This document shows, piece after piece, positions 8,586 to 18,316 of a stretch of DNA of 64,000 nucleotides; the first letter of the stretch is position 1, and each line of letters opens with the position of its first letter. Origin of the DNA: Branchiostoma belcheri (lineage: Eukaryota); the NCBI RefSeq assembly GCF_001625305.1, contig NW_017803490.1, positions 8,155,655 to 8,219,654 of the forward strand, given 5' to 3'. Below the pieces are notes generated by a model. It was given only the letters and a program-made list of their open reading frames with translations. It did no database searches and had not been told where the DNA came from. Both the position numbers and the translations under genes were made by a program.

Positions 8586-11450
8586 TTAACTATGGCCATC
8601 CTCAATTACCTTTGCAACATCACTGTGTCCCATTTCGATGGCAACTTGATACGGAGTCTTTCCAGTTTTGTCTGGTTTAGAAATACCTGCCCCTGCTTCA
8701 ATAAGTACTTTCACAACTTCCATATTTCCATGGTGTGCTGCTCTCCACAATGGCGTCTTTTGATCCCTGTTTGCCTTGTTCAAGTCTGCGCCCGCTTGTG
8801 TCAGGATGCTCACAATCTCAGCATGTCCTTTCTCAGCCGCCACCCACAGTGGCGTTCTCCCCATATCATCTGCCTTGTTCAATTCGGCCCCCGCTTGTAT
8901 CAAGACGCTCGCGACCTCTGCATGTCCACTCCAAGCCACCACTGATAGGGGAGTCGTTCCCTCATCATCTGCCTTGTTCAAGTCAGCCCCTGCATGTGCC
9001 AAGATGCTCACGACCTCTGCATGTCCATTCTCAGCTGCCGCCCACAGTGGAGCCCTTCCCATGCTGTTTGCTTTGTTCAATTCGGCCCCCGCTTGTATCA
9101 AGATGCTCACAATTTCTGCATGTCCATTCAGAGCTGCCACCAATAGTGGAGTCCTCCTCTTATCATCAGCGTTGTTCAAGTCTGCCCCTGCTTGTGTCAA
9201 GATGCTCACAATCTCTGCATGTCCTCTCTTAGCCGCCACCCACAGTGGAGTCACTCCTAAGACATCTGCCTTGTCCAAGTCCGCCCCTGCTTGTACCAAG
9301 ATGCTCACGACCTCTACATGTCCACTCCAAGCTGCCTCCCACAGTGGAGTCACTCCTAAGACATCAGCCTTGTTCAAGTCAGCCCCCTCTTGTGCCAACA
9401 TGCTCACGACCTCCGCATGCCCATTCTCAGCTGCCCACCACAGTGGAGTCCTTTTATCATCATCGGCCTTGTTCAAGTCTGCGCTCGCTTGTATCAAGAT
9501 CCTTACAATCTCGGCATGTCCTTTCTCAGCCGCTGCACACAGTGTAGTCCTTCTCTCATTGTCTGCCTTGTTCACATCAGCCCCTGCCTGTGTCAAGTTC
9601 CTCACAATCTCGACATGTCCCCTCTCAGCCGCCACCCTCAGTGGAGTCTCTCCCCTATCGTCTGCCTTGTTCAAATCTGCCCCTGCTTGTATCAAGATGC
9701 TCACAATCTCTGCACATCCCTTCAAAGCCGCCACCAATAGCGGAGTCCCTACCTCATTATCTGCCTTGTTCAAGTCTGCCCCCGCTTGTATCAAGATGCT
9801 CACGATCTCGGCATTACCACTCTGAGCTGCCAACCACAGTGGAGTTTTCCCCATACGACTTGCCAGATTTGCAACTGCTGGGTCTGCCCCTTTCTGCAGC
9901 AGAAGTCTAACAATGTTAGGATGTCCGCCCCTCACTGCATCCCAGAGTGGAGTTTCTCCCTCGGAGTTCTGTGTGTTCACCTGTAGACCTGCCTGTAGCA
10001 GGGTCTTCACCTTGTCTTCATCACCTGTCCAGGCTGTGATCCTTAACAGCGCATCTCTCCAGGCGTCTCTCAGTTCATCGTAGCTTTGTGACGATTCTTC
10101 ATCTGTTTCCTGCGTTTGTGTAGACTCCACGGAGTCTTCATCTGTTTTCTGCGTTTGTGTAGACTCCACGGAGTCTTCATCTGTTTCCTGCGTTTGTGTA
10201 GACTCCACGGAGTCTTCAGCTGTTTCCTTTGTTTCTGACAACACAAAAACGTCCATAGCTTCCTCCACTATCTCTGCCACCTCTTCTTTGAGCTGTTCCA
10301 TTGACCGGACATCCCCCTGCAAAGGGCCACTGAACCCAATTTTCTCATACTCTGTCTGTAAGTCTGCGGTGAGCTGGCCACTCTCTAGGTATTCAATCAG
10401 TGCTTTGATATATTCGTCAGTTTTTGGGAAGATTTGGACATAGATTGAAGACGGCCACATTTTGGCAATTTTAAGCCCTTTTCGTAAAACTTTGTGTTGT
10501 TTGAACACTTTGATAATAGCGGCTCTGCTCAAGTCTTTGTTAGCATTGTAGAATTGTGAAACGTCTTCCATGGCTTTCTTCTCTAAGTGCTGATGAGCAC
10601 CTGACACAAGTCCCTCCTTGAGACAGCTTTGAATCTTTAGATAGCAACACTTTATACGGATTTCTTTAGCAAGCTGTTGGCTTCGTACAGCATTTAGTGC
10701 GAACTCTAAACGTTTCACATCAAGTCTTGCACTTGACGTATACCTGGAGCTTGATTTTCCTTTCTTTCCTTCCTTCTTACCTGCTTTGGTACTGTTCTTG
10801 CTTTCTTTGTCTTCGTCTCTTGAGGTCGTCTTGACTCCTTTGATAGTACTTTCCTTGTTTTCTCTGTCTCTATCTCTTGAGGTCGTCTTGACTCCTTTGA
10901 TAGTACTTTCCTTGTTTTCCCTGTCTTTATCTCTTGAGGTCGTCTTGACTCCTTTGATAGTACTTTCCTTGTTTTCCCTGTCTTTATCTCTTGAGGTCGT
11001 CTTGACTCCTTTGATAGTACTTTCCTTGTTTTCCCTGTCTTTATCTCTTGAGGTCGTCTTGACTCCTTTGATAGTACTTTCCTTGTTTTCCCTGTCTTTA
11101 TCTCTTGAGGATGTCTTGACTTCTTGCTCTTCGCCCAGCTGTAAAGAAGACAGACCCTTAAGGCAAAGATTCTCTTGTACTCTGTCCACAAGGTCTCGCC
11201 TTCCTGTCCTCTTCAAAGCTGTCAGCAATTTCTCCAGTGTTGCCCTTTTCCCACTTACTCGCCTCCATTTTTCCAGCACAGTACGGCTTCGCCTCACTAG
11301 ATTTACCTCCCTCTCATTTCGGATTTCCTGTATGACGTTGTGCTTCAGTCCTAGCTTTAAGGCAAGCCGTATCCAGTCCTTCCCCAGGTCTGGCTGTAGA
11401 ATGTCAAAAGCTGCGACCAACTCTGTCCCTGTGTCACCTCCAGCCGCCAT
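8586..11450 (-). CDS. Gene C. A DD-ANK paralogue of about 955 aa, with internal coding minisatellites and about 16-17 ankyrin repeats. The track ORF extends upstream to 11645 in frame, but the homologous start is MAAGGDTGTELVAAFD at 11450.
   Basis: Track ORF 8586..11645. In paralogues B, D and E the start aligns with the internal Met 'RGKMAAGGDTG', in the same nucleotide context 'ccgccatcttgc'. The C-terminal half is a long ANK array (…TPLWLAAQSGNAEIVSILIQAGADLNKAD… repeated). Confidence 0.8.
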   Translation of the reverse strand: MAAGGDTGTELVAAFDILQPDLGKDWIRLALKLGLKHNVIQEIRNEREVNLVRRSRTVLEKWRRVSGKRATLEKLLTALKRTGRRDLVDRVQENLCLKGLSSLQLGEEQEVKTSSRDKDRENKESTIKGVKTTSRDKDRENKESTIKGVKTTSRDKDRENKESTIKGVKTTSRDKDRENKESTIKGVKTTSRDRDRENKESTIKGVKTTSRDEDKESKNSTKAGKKEGKKGKSSSRYTSSARLDVKRLEFALNAVRSQQLAKEIRIKCCYLKIQSCLKEGLVSGAHQHLEKKAMEDVSQFYNANKDLSRAAIIKVFKQHKVLRKGLKIAKMWPSSIYVQIFPKTDEYIKALIEYLESGQLTADLQTEYEKIGFSGPLQGDVRSMEQLKEEVAEIVEEAMDVFVLSETKETAEDSVESTQTQETDEDSVESTQTQKTDEDSVESTQTQETDEESSQSYDELRDAWRDALLRITAWTGDEDKVKTLLQAGLQVNTQNSEGETPLWDAVRGGHPNIVRLLLQKGADPAVANLASRMGKTPLWLAAQSGNAEIVSILIQAGADLNKADNEVGTPLLVAALKGCAEIVSILIQAGADLNKADDRGETPLRVAAERGHVEIVRNLTQAGADVNKADNERRTTLCAAAEKGHAEIVRILIQASADLNKADDDKRTPLWWAAENGHAEVVSMLAQEGADLNKADVLGVTPLWEAAWSGHVEVVSILVQAGADLDKADVLGVTPLWVAAKRGHAEIVSILTQAGADLNNADDKRRTPLLVAALNGHAEIVSILIQAGAELNKANSMGRAPLWAAAENGHAEVVSILAHAGADLNKADDEGTTPLSVVAWSGHAEVASVLIQAGAELNKADDMGRTPLWVAAEKGHAEIVSILTQAGADLNKANRDQKTPLWRAAHHGNMEVVKVLIEAGAGISKPDKTGKTPYQVAIEMGHSDVAKVIEDGHS
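10088..10225 (-). repeat. In-frame 36-nt coding repeat x about 3.5 inside gene C, encoding the acidic 'EDSVESTQTQETD' units.
   Basis: 'ctgcgtttgtgtagactccacggagtcttcatctgttt' is repeated. The peptide is ETAEDSVESTQTQETDEDSVESTQTQKTDEDSVESTQTQETDEES. Confidence 0.9.
10790..11110 (-). repeat. In-frame coding minisatellite inside gene C. A 60-nt unit x about 6 encodes (K)TTSRDKDRENKESTIKGV.
   Basis: Exact 60-nt periodicity 'tctcttgaggtcgtcttgactcctttgatagtactttccttgttttccctgtctttatc'. The track ORF shows the peptide repeat. Confidence 0.9.
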
Positions 11451-11556
11451 CTTGCCTCGGTGGGGTAGACTAAGTGAAATATATCCCCTGGTGACGCACT
11501 CGTCTGTTGAGTTGAAGTTGTTTGGCCAGTAAAATAACGCCGCTGTTTTGTTACTG

Positions 11557-11568
11557 TGTATAAATAAG
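11557..11568 (-). promoter_or_regulatory. TATA-like element (TGTATAAATAAG) about 110 bp upstream of the gene C start codon, within the conserved 5' flank.
   Basis: TATAAATA motif. The same motif, with surrounding sequence conserved, lies upstream of gene D. Confidence 0.35.
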
Positions 11569-11962
11569 CACCTCTCAATTACAAAAGACCCTGTGCCCTT
11601 CAAAACAGTAGGGTTGACCCTAAACCTAACCTTATCGCTGACCAAGACTCAGGTAAGGTGAGTAGACGTTCTTTTGTCTTGTCTGTACAGTAGCTATAGA
11701 AGATATAGAAGACTGGTAACCAGACCCATGTGAGCTCAGAGCCTTCGGCGCTGGTAGTGTTTTGGGCCGCAAAACCGTAGTGTTTCGGCCCCGCGCGTCG
11801 GGGGTAGATTTTTATGTTTACCTTAAACAGCATGCATTTGCTTTCAAATGTTATTTTTCTACAACGATGTAGTTGCAGACAGTTTAGGTTTGTTCGCTCA
11901 CAATGCGGTCGGTGCGCAGTAGAAGACTGGGGACATGTCTGTGGGTATAGCTCGCCTGTGCT

Positions 11963-12205
11963 TAGGTCGGGGGTAGGAAAATCGTAGCCTCTACCAGGCA
12001 CCGCGGATCGCTTGAAAAATATTAGAAATTGGCCGAAATAAAGGAATAATACCAGGGGAGTTAGCCGGCCAGAGAAGCTCAACATGCGACAAATTGGAGC
12101 TTCTCTGGCCAGCTAACTCCCCTGGTATTATTCCTTTATTTCGGCCAATTTCTACTATTTTTCCAGCGATCCGCGGTGCCTGGTAGAGGCTAGGAAAGTC
12201 GCCCT
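11963..12205. mobile_element. MITE-like hairpin. A near-perfect inverted repeat with about 95-bp arms (11980-12080 and 12097-12190), only a few mismatches, and a 16-bp loop.
   Basis: The left arm 'cctctaccaggcaccgcggatcgcttgaaaaatattagaaattggccgaaataaaggaataataccaggggagttagccggccagagaagctc' is the reverse complement of the right arm. The 'ggccaatttctactattt' core is shared with the 46660-47080 family. Confidence 0.8.
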
Positions 12206-12833
12206 CCAGCCAACCCTAAGGTAATTGGTACCCAGGCTAAGTGGCTTACACCAGACGTTTAGTGAAATATTTACCGTAAACAAACTTTACGGTTAACCGT
12301 GCCATGTTAGACTTTACTGAGTGTCTAAATTTACAAACTAACAAAAGACCGAGGTCACTGGCCTGTACATAACAGATTAATTAACAAGTCACTTGGAAGT
12401 AAGTACGTCAATGAGTCGCGGTAACAGGTGATATACCCAGGGGTATCGAGTCCTTTTTGGAAATTTGTCTAGTAAGTGAAAAGTCATTCGAGGTAAGCAT
12501 CTAGATGTACATCTAGTTTTTCTAGCTGTACATCATTCGCAGCCCAGTACAAACTGTGCTTAATATCATGATTTCTGTGACTTCGCTCTTCACTCTGGTC
12601 AGGAGCAAGAAAGAATTGACCCCAAATGTAAGTTTCTTACATTATATTTCATTGACATGTGCAAGAAGACTAGGTAAATCTTCAATTCAGTAAATTATCA
12701 ATTACTGCTGCAATTCATAAATGAAACAATTGGCAACTAAATGTTATCCTCTTGTAGTGTGCCATTCTGCAACTCATTTAATGCAGATATCAAGTAATTT
12801 TCTAACTCCAGTATAGTCTCTGTTAGTATCAGG

Positions 12834-15065
12834 TTATGTATTTTTAATTAAGCATTCCTCAATCACCTTAGCAACATCACTGTGTCCCATTTCTATGGCA
12901 GCTTGATAGGGAGTTTTGCCAGTTTTGTCTGGTATAGAAACATCTGCCCCCGCTTCAATAAGTACTTTCACAGCTTCCATGTTCCCACAGTGTGCAGCTG
13001 TCCACAATGGTGTCTGTTCATCCTTGTTTGATTTGTTCAGGTCCGCCCCCGCTTTTATCAAGATGCTCACAATGACTACACCTTCACTTTCAACCACCAC
13101 CCACAGTGGCGTCCTTCCCATAATGTCTGCCTTGTTCAAGTCCGCCCCAGCTCGTATCAAGATGCTCACGATCTCGGCATGTTTACTCCACGCTGCCACC
13201 CAGAGTGGGGTCTCTTCCATGCTGTTTGCCTGGTCCAAGTCCGCCCCCGCTTGTGTCAGGATGCTCACAATCTCTGCACTTCCTCTCTCAGCCGCCACCC
13301 ATAGTGCAGTTCTTCCCTCATCATCTGCATTGTTCAAGTCTGCCCCCGCTTGTATCAAGATGCCAACAACCTCTGCATGTTTCCTCTTAGCCGCCACCCA
13401 CAGCGGAGTCCTTCCCAGAACACCTGCTGTGTCCAAGTCAGCCCCTGCTTGTATCAAGATGCTCACGACCTCTGCATGTCCATTCTCAGCTGCCGCCCAC
13501 AGTGGAGTCCTCCCCATGCTGTTTGCCTTGTTCAAGTCCGCCCCCGCTTGTATCAAGGTGCTCACCATCTCTGCATTTCCACTCTCAGCTGCAACGAAAA
13601 GTGCAGTTCTCCCCTCATCATCTGCTTTGTCCAAGTCCGCCTCTGCTTGTGTCAGCATGCCCACAATCTCTGTATTACCACTCTGAGCTGCCAGCTGCAG
13701 TAGAGTCTGCCCAATAACACTTGCTGTGTTTGCCCCCGCTCCAGGGTCTGCCCATTTCTGCAGCAGGAGTTTGACAATGTTAGGATGTCCTCCCCTCACT
13801 GCATCCCAGAGCGGTGTTTCTCCCTCGGAGTTCTGTGTGTTCACCTGTACACCTGCCTGTAGCAGGGTCTTCACCTTGTCTTCATCACCTGTCCAGGCTG
13901 TGATCCTTAACAGCGCATCTCTCCAGGCGTCTCTCAGGTGCTCGTAGGTTTGTGTAGATTCTTCGCCTGTTTCCTGCGTTTGTGTAGACTCCTCAGAGTC
14001 GTCACATTTTTCCTGCGTTTCTGACAACACAAACATGTCCATAGCTTCCTCCACTATCTCTTCCACTTCTTCTTCAAGCTCCTCCATTGTCAAAACGTCC
14101 ACCTCTAAGGGACAGTTGAGCCCAATGTTCTCAAACTCTGCCTGTAAGTCTGCGGCTAGCTCGCCACTTTCTTGGTACCTGTTTAATTCGCTGATGCTTT
14201 CGTCAGTTTTGGGAAACATCTGTACACAGATTGAAGATGACCACATTTCACCAATTTCGAAATCTTTGCAAAGTTTAAGGATGATTTCCTTGCACAAGTC
14301 TAGTCTACCACCATCGATTTGTGATAGGGCCTCTAACAGTTCTTCCCGAACAGATGATTTTACCACAAGATAGTAGCACTCCTTACGCTTTTGCTTTGCA
14401 AGCTGCATACTACTAACTGCTTTCAGTACAAATTTCGGGTCGCTCGAATGTCTGTGACTTTGTTGACTCTGTTTTCCTTTAGTGGCTTTTTTTGTTTTCT
14501 TACCAGTTTTCTTCTTGACTTTCTTGTTTTCTTTGCCTATCGATGATTCAGATGCCTGCGATGAGCTTGTGGCAGTAGACGGCAGTGTGGTATATTCAAA
14601 CTTGCCTTGCTTTGATCGTGGGCTAGAGACACTCTCTTCTGTGGAGTGTTGTTTAGGCGGTGAACTCGAGAATCCTGTTGAAATATCCGATAATGGTGGG
14701 GACACCGTCTCAACGACTCGACACTTTTCAGTGACGTCTGTGTTGAGCTGTGGATCGGCATCCCGTAGGTCTGGGTACTTGTCTTTCAGTCTGTCCACGA
14801 GGTCTTGTCTTTTTATCTTCTGTAAAGCGTGCAGAAGATCCTGTACTGTCGCCTGCTTTCCTTCTTGTTGCCTCCATTTTTCCAGCATGGTACGGTTCCG
14901 CCATATCAGGTGAATTGTCGGACTCCTATTAACCATTTCCTCGACAACGTTATACTTCAGTCCTAATGCTAAGCCTAGGTCGATCCAGTCATCCCCCAGG
15001 TCTGACTGTATAGTGTCAAAAGCTGCCTTCAACTCTGTCTCTGCGTTAAAACCAACCGCTGCCAT
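12834..15065 (-). CDS. Gene D. A 743-aa DD-ANK paralogue: DD, linker, unknown module, acidic tract, then about 9 ankyrin repeats.
   Basis: Uninterrupted track ORF. N-terminus MAAVGFNAETELKAAFDTIQSDLGDDWIDLGLALGLKYNVVEEMV. ANK repeats (RTPLWAAAENGHAEVVSILIQAGADLD…). Confidence 0.85.
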   Translation of the reverse strand: MAAVGFNAETELKAAFDTIQSDLGDDWIDLGLALGLKYNVVEEMVNRSPTIHLIWRNRTMLEKWRQQEGKQATVQDLLHALQKIKRQDLVDRLKDKYPDLRDADPQLNTDVTEKCRVVETVSPPLSDISTGFSSSPPKQHSTEESVSSPRSKQGKFEYTTLPSTATSSSQASESSIGKENKKVKKKTGKKTKKATKGKQSQQSHRHSSDPKFVLKAVSSMQLAKQKRKECYYLVVKSSVREELLEALSQIDGGRLDLCKEIILKLCKDFEIGEMWSSSICVQMFPKTDESISELNRYQESGELAADLQAEFENIGLNCPLEVDVLTMEELEEEVEEIVEEAMDMFVLSETQEKCDDSEESTQTQETGEESTQTYEHLRDAWRDALLRITAWTGDEDKVKTLLQAGVQVNTQNSEGETPLWDAVRGGHPNIVKLLLQKWADPGAGANTASVIGQTLLQLAAQSGNTEIVGMLTQAEADLDKADDEGRTALFVAAESGNAEMVSTLIQAGADLNKANSMGRTPLWAAAENGHAEVVSILIQAGADLDTAGVLGRTPLWVAAKRKHAEVVGILIQAGADLNNADDEGRTALWVAAERGSAEIVSILTQAGADLDQANSMEETPLWVAAWSKHAEIVSILIRAGADLNKADIMGRTPLWVVVESEGVVIVSILIKAGADLNKSNKDEQTPLWTAAHCGNMEAVKVLIEAGADVSIPDKTGKTPYQAAIEMGHSDVAKVIEECLIKNT

Positions 15066-15164
15066 CTTGCTGTAGTGTGGTGGACGCTGTGAAATATATT
15101 CCTCACTTTTCTGTTGAATTGAAGTTGTTTTCCCAGTAAAATAACACTGCAGCTTTGTTACTGA

Positions 15165-15175
15165 CTATAAATAAG
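15165..15175 (-). promoter_or_regulatory. TATA-like element (CTATAAATAAG) about 100 bp upstream of the gene D start codon, within the conserved 5' flank.
   Basis: TATAAATA motif in a 5' flank that is about 85% identical to gene C's. Confidence 0.35.
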
Positions 15176-15584
15176 CACTTCTCAATCACAAAAACCCCAG
15201 GCCTGAGACCTTCAAAACAATAGGGTTGACCCTAAACCTAACCCTATCGCTCACATGATTGAGATTGAGTTACAACTGCCAATTGAGTACTGTTTTGGCT
15301 TGCAGAGTTCACCCGTGTTGGTACATGTCAGATATAAAATTCATCAAATTGTCAATTACAGCACAATGCATTTACCCAGATCTTCACCTGCACAGTATTC
15401 ATTTATTTAATAGTATGAAGATTCAAGATGTCAAACCTGGGACCAGACTGTAAGGTTTGAACCACTCACAAGTGCACCAGGCAGGACTCCTACTCTTTTC
15501 GATAAGTCTGGTGGGGTGTGGCTCTCCCAAACAGCCGACCAGTTCATTTGACCTCCCATCCCAGGGACCTTCCTAACCGAAGCG

Positions 15585-15735
15585 AGGTACTCATTTACAC
15601 CTGAGTGAAGTGAGGAAAGTCGAGTATCTTTCCCAAGGGGCACAACTATCGGTGACATCGGACAGGATTTAAACGCAGGACCTCTTGGGTCTGAGCCGAA
15701 CACGCTACTGCTACGCCACACGACCCCAGCCTTTG
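15585..15735 (-). mobile_element. tRNA-derived SINE copy (same family as 7700-7790), with the conserved 'cacctg…gtgaggaaagtcg' tail.
   Basis: The minus strand reads ggctggggtcgtgtggcgtagcagtagcgtgttcggctcagacc…gcgtttaaatcctgtccgatg. Tail similarity to 41390-41460 and 38120-38165. Confidence 0.6.
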
Positions 15736-16079
15736 TGAAGGAATGGGCGACCAACCGTCTCTGTGACATCACTTTATGCAAAAGGACACGTAACCCGGTG
15801 AAAACATTTTTTAATTCATAACAATCAAGAAAACTTTACATTAACTAATAATATTAATTAACCATTCATGTCACAACCATTACATTTTGTACAGCTTACA
15901 AATTGTGTCAATGAACTACTAGTAATTGAAAAATCACTTAATATTCGAACATTAAAAAATGAGGTATATACATGTACACATAAAAATATGAAATAATGTG
16001 TTCTAAAGGCTTTTGAAGTTGACTGTATGTAAAGTGAACATTTTGAGCAAGTCGCTGCCACCATCAATTGAAAAGTTGC

Positions 16080-16645
16080 TGGATTTTAATCAAAGCCGGT
16101 GTAATGTAGCCAGTTGCCGCCGCACCGCATGCCTGTGAAGCTGGTGTACATGTTACGCCAAATGGCAGTTATACCGGCTATACAGATACAAAGCCGCACA
16201 GATAAAAAGTACAGTATGAAATGGCATTGATATGAAACCTTTTAAGTTGTAACCCAATATTTTGTGTCAAATTCTCCAGCCACTCTCAGAATTTCTATTT
16301 TTAATGAGAGGTAAGTTTCTTTTACACTATGTTGCCTTTTTTATGACAAGATAACTGCATGTTTATGTAGGAAATTTTTTCCTAGAAGTATCGCAGAGTG
16401 GAACTCGCTGTCACCAAGTACAGTAGGGGCATTGTCATTAGATTGCTTTAAACAATGTCTAGAGCTAGAAGTTCAAGGGTTAGGTGTAACAAGTCGACCG
16501 GTGAAATGTAGCCAGCTGCCGCCACGCCGTGTGCCTGAGAAGCTGGTGTGTTACGCCGAAGGGCGGTTATACCGGCTATACAGATACAGAAGCTGGTGTG
16601 TTACGCCGAAAGGCGGTTATACCGGCTATACAGATACAGAAAATG
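16080..16645. repeat. Dispersed repeat family containing a tandem subunit of about 50 bp ('ttacgccgaa.ggcggttataccggctatacagatacagaagctggtgtg'). Copies lie at 16080-16200 and 16495-16645, inverted copies at 53040-53225, and a fragment at 36490-36545.
   Basis: Seen directly. Confidence 0.65.
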
Positions 16646-16974
16646 TTGTGTCAATGAACTACTAATACCCTGGCAGAACTGAACAGTAAACTTAACAGTA
16701 AACGTAACTTTAATAATAATAATATACTTCACTTTTCATGGAAACTACTGCACCACTTTAACAGAGTGAACATTCGGTGTCCCCAGATGAACTTTACCAG
16801 CTTGACCTGCGACCTTTCTCTGGTAGATCCCAGACTGGGACTGCTGCAAAGGCTGCTGGGACTGGGAAGGCATTCTGGGATACCGCGCAGCTGTGGCATG
16901 CCCAATAGTTTGCTGTGGATGGAAAACAAGATATTACATAAATTTTGCAAAAATTAAAAATACATGTATCACAT

Positions 16975-17087
16975 TCACAATATACACACACCATATCACA
17001 TACACACACACACATATCACACACACACACACACACACATATCACACACACACACACACATATCACACACACACACACACACACACA

Positions 17088-17127
<40 letters not shown>

Positions 17128-17140
17128 ACACAGACAATTT
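16975..17140. repeat. (CA)n / (CACACATAT)n microsatellite
   Basis: Seen directly. Confidence 0.95.
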
Positions 17141-17329
17141 AGAGTTTTAGCACTATACATTCATCAAAAACTGCATCTAAAATTCAAGATGACCCTTTTC
17201 AGGCTTTAGGGGCAATTCAGATCGTGTTGTTCACTCGTTTTGTTGGGACCAATAGTGGAGGTGTGAACAATCCACTGGCAGATAGTTAGAAAACATTATG
17301 AGCGTCTCTGTCCTTGGTGCTGAATGCCT

Positions 17330-17743
17330 TCACTTAACAACAGTTACTTTTTGAGGCTGTAGGGACAGTGGGTTGTTATGCACTGTGTCTGAGGCACAGT
17401 ATTGGAAGGTGGAGCCCATCCCTCTCCTTCCACTGCCTTTTACCTCCCCAACTGAGGTCAGGTAACCATTAATTTTACACAGGCGCAATATATTTTGCCA
17501 AAGTGCTTCCCTATCAACAATACAACATGCAAATTGTTTTGTTTTGACTGTTGCCATGCCAACCACCTGAGTGACAGGATGATGCCTCTCCACCATGACT
17601 GAACTCATGGGCGGGGCCAGTCCCATGGCAACCGGACCCTTCCCAGCATGCCCCAGTCGTGGGCCCTCTTGCTTGGCTGTGACCTTGGCTGTGATTGTCC
17701 TTGACCCCGGCTTCTGGGCTGTGGATGACCTTGAGCTCGGTGC
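17330..17743 (-). CDS. POC5: POC5 terminal coding exon (C-terminal region). It may contain an optional 87-nt intron.
   Basis: The track ORF contains AMGLAPPMSSVMVERHHPVTQVVGMATVKTKQ, matching the conserved POC5 C-terminal motif 'MGVSPPMSSVVVEKHHPVT'. Acceptor 'ctgtttcaag|GCACCG' at 17745/17744. Stop at 17330. Confidence 0.55.
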   Translation of the reverse strand, partial: APSSRSSTAQKPGSRTITAKVTAKQEGPRLGHAGKGPVAMGLAPPMSSVMVERHHPVTQVVGMATVKTKQFACCIVDREALWQNILRLCKINGYLTSVGEVKGSGRRGMGSTFQYCASDTVHNNPLSLQPQKVTVVK

Positions 17744-18146
17744 CTTGAAACAGTGACACAGCAAAATAACATTAACCACAGAAAATTTGGATCTAAACAA
17801 AGTATTAGCTACAAGATATATACACGTATTATGAAAAAACTTACATAAATACTTGTCAAGGTTGAGATGAGAATTTTATGGAATTTTCAAGCAGGCTGTG
17901 AAAGAACCAATTGTGAGTAAAGCCTAAAGACAGAATTTTCTGTAAAAACAATGCTGAATCATATACATGTAATACATGTACATGCATCTATCACCATTCA
18001 ATGAATGCCACCAGTTTCTGATCAAAAAGCAAATGTGATTGAGCACTTTTAATAAATATGACAAATTTTCAAATAATAAGTTATGAATGAGACCAGTGCC
18101 CCACTAACTACAAAAACAAACGTTAATTTCTGTAACTAAGTCTTAC

Positions 18147-18316
18147 AGTTTTGGTAGCAGGTCTGGCAGTACTGAAGCTGACGGTGGGTCTGGGAGGGGG
18201 CTGCTGGCTGGTGACCACGCGGGGAGGGGCTGCATGGGGGGGTCCTGACTGGTACACCTCCTCGTGGGGCACTACTGTACCCCCTTCCTCAGCCTGGGGG
18301 TCTGCTGGCCTACCTC
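18147..18316 (-). CDS. POC5: POC5 exon (proline-rich region)
   Basis: Acceptor 'ttccttttccaccccag|GAGGTAGG'. Donor 'AAAACT|gtaaga'. The phase is compatible with the flanking exons. Encodes a Pro-rich segment (…PHAAPPRVVTSQQPPPRPTV…). Confidence 0.5.

Noticed and set aside
8776-9825. Long plus-strand ORFs antisense to the DD-ANK genes: 349 aa at 8776-9825, 248 aa at 10786-11532, 256 aa at 12916-13686, and 165-172 aa ORFs elsewhere.
   Set aside because: They lie antisense to the strongly supported ANK/DD coding frames. Their translations are low-complexity mirror images of ANK repeats (…SAPACVKMLTISACP…), typical of spurious reverse-frame ORFs.
11451-11645. An in-frame N-terminal extension of gene C (MVSDKVRF…), as called in the ORF track.
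   Set aside because: The extension is not conserved in gene E, whose equivalent leader ends in a stop codon; in genes A, B and D the corresponding leaders are likewise not continuous with the main ORF. All paralogues begin at the conserved 'MA.GG' ATG. The extension is most likely 5'UTR that happens to lack a stop.
11600-12085. 161-aa minus ORF in the C/D intergenic region
   Set aside because: It spans the MITE hairpin and repeat sequence. It has no homology or codon-usage signal.
16893-17150. ORFs encoding poly-HT/TH peptides
   Set aside because: These are translations of the (CA)n microsatellite.
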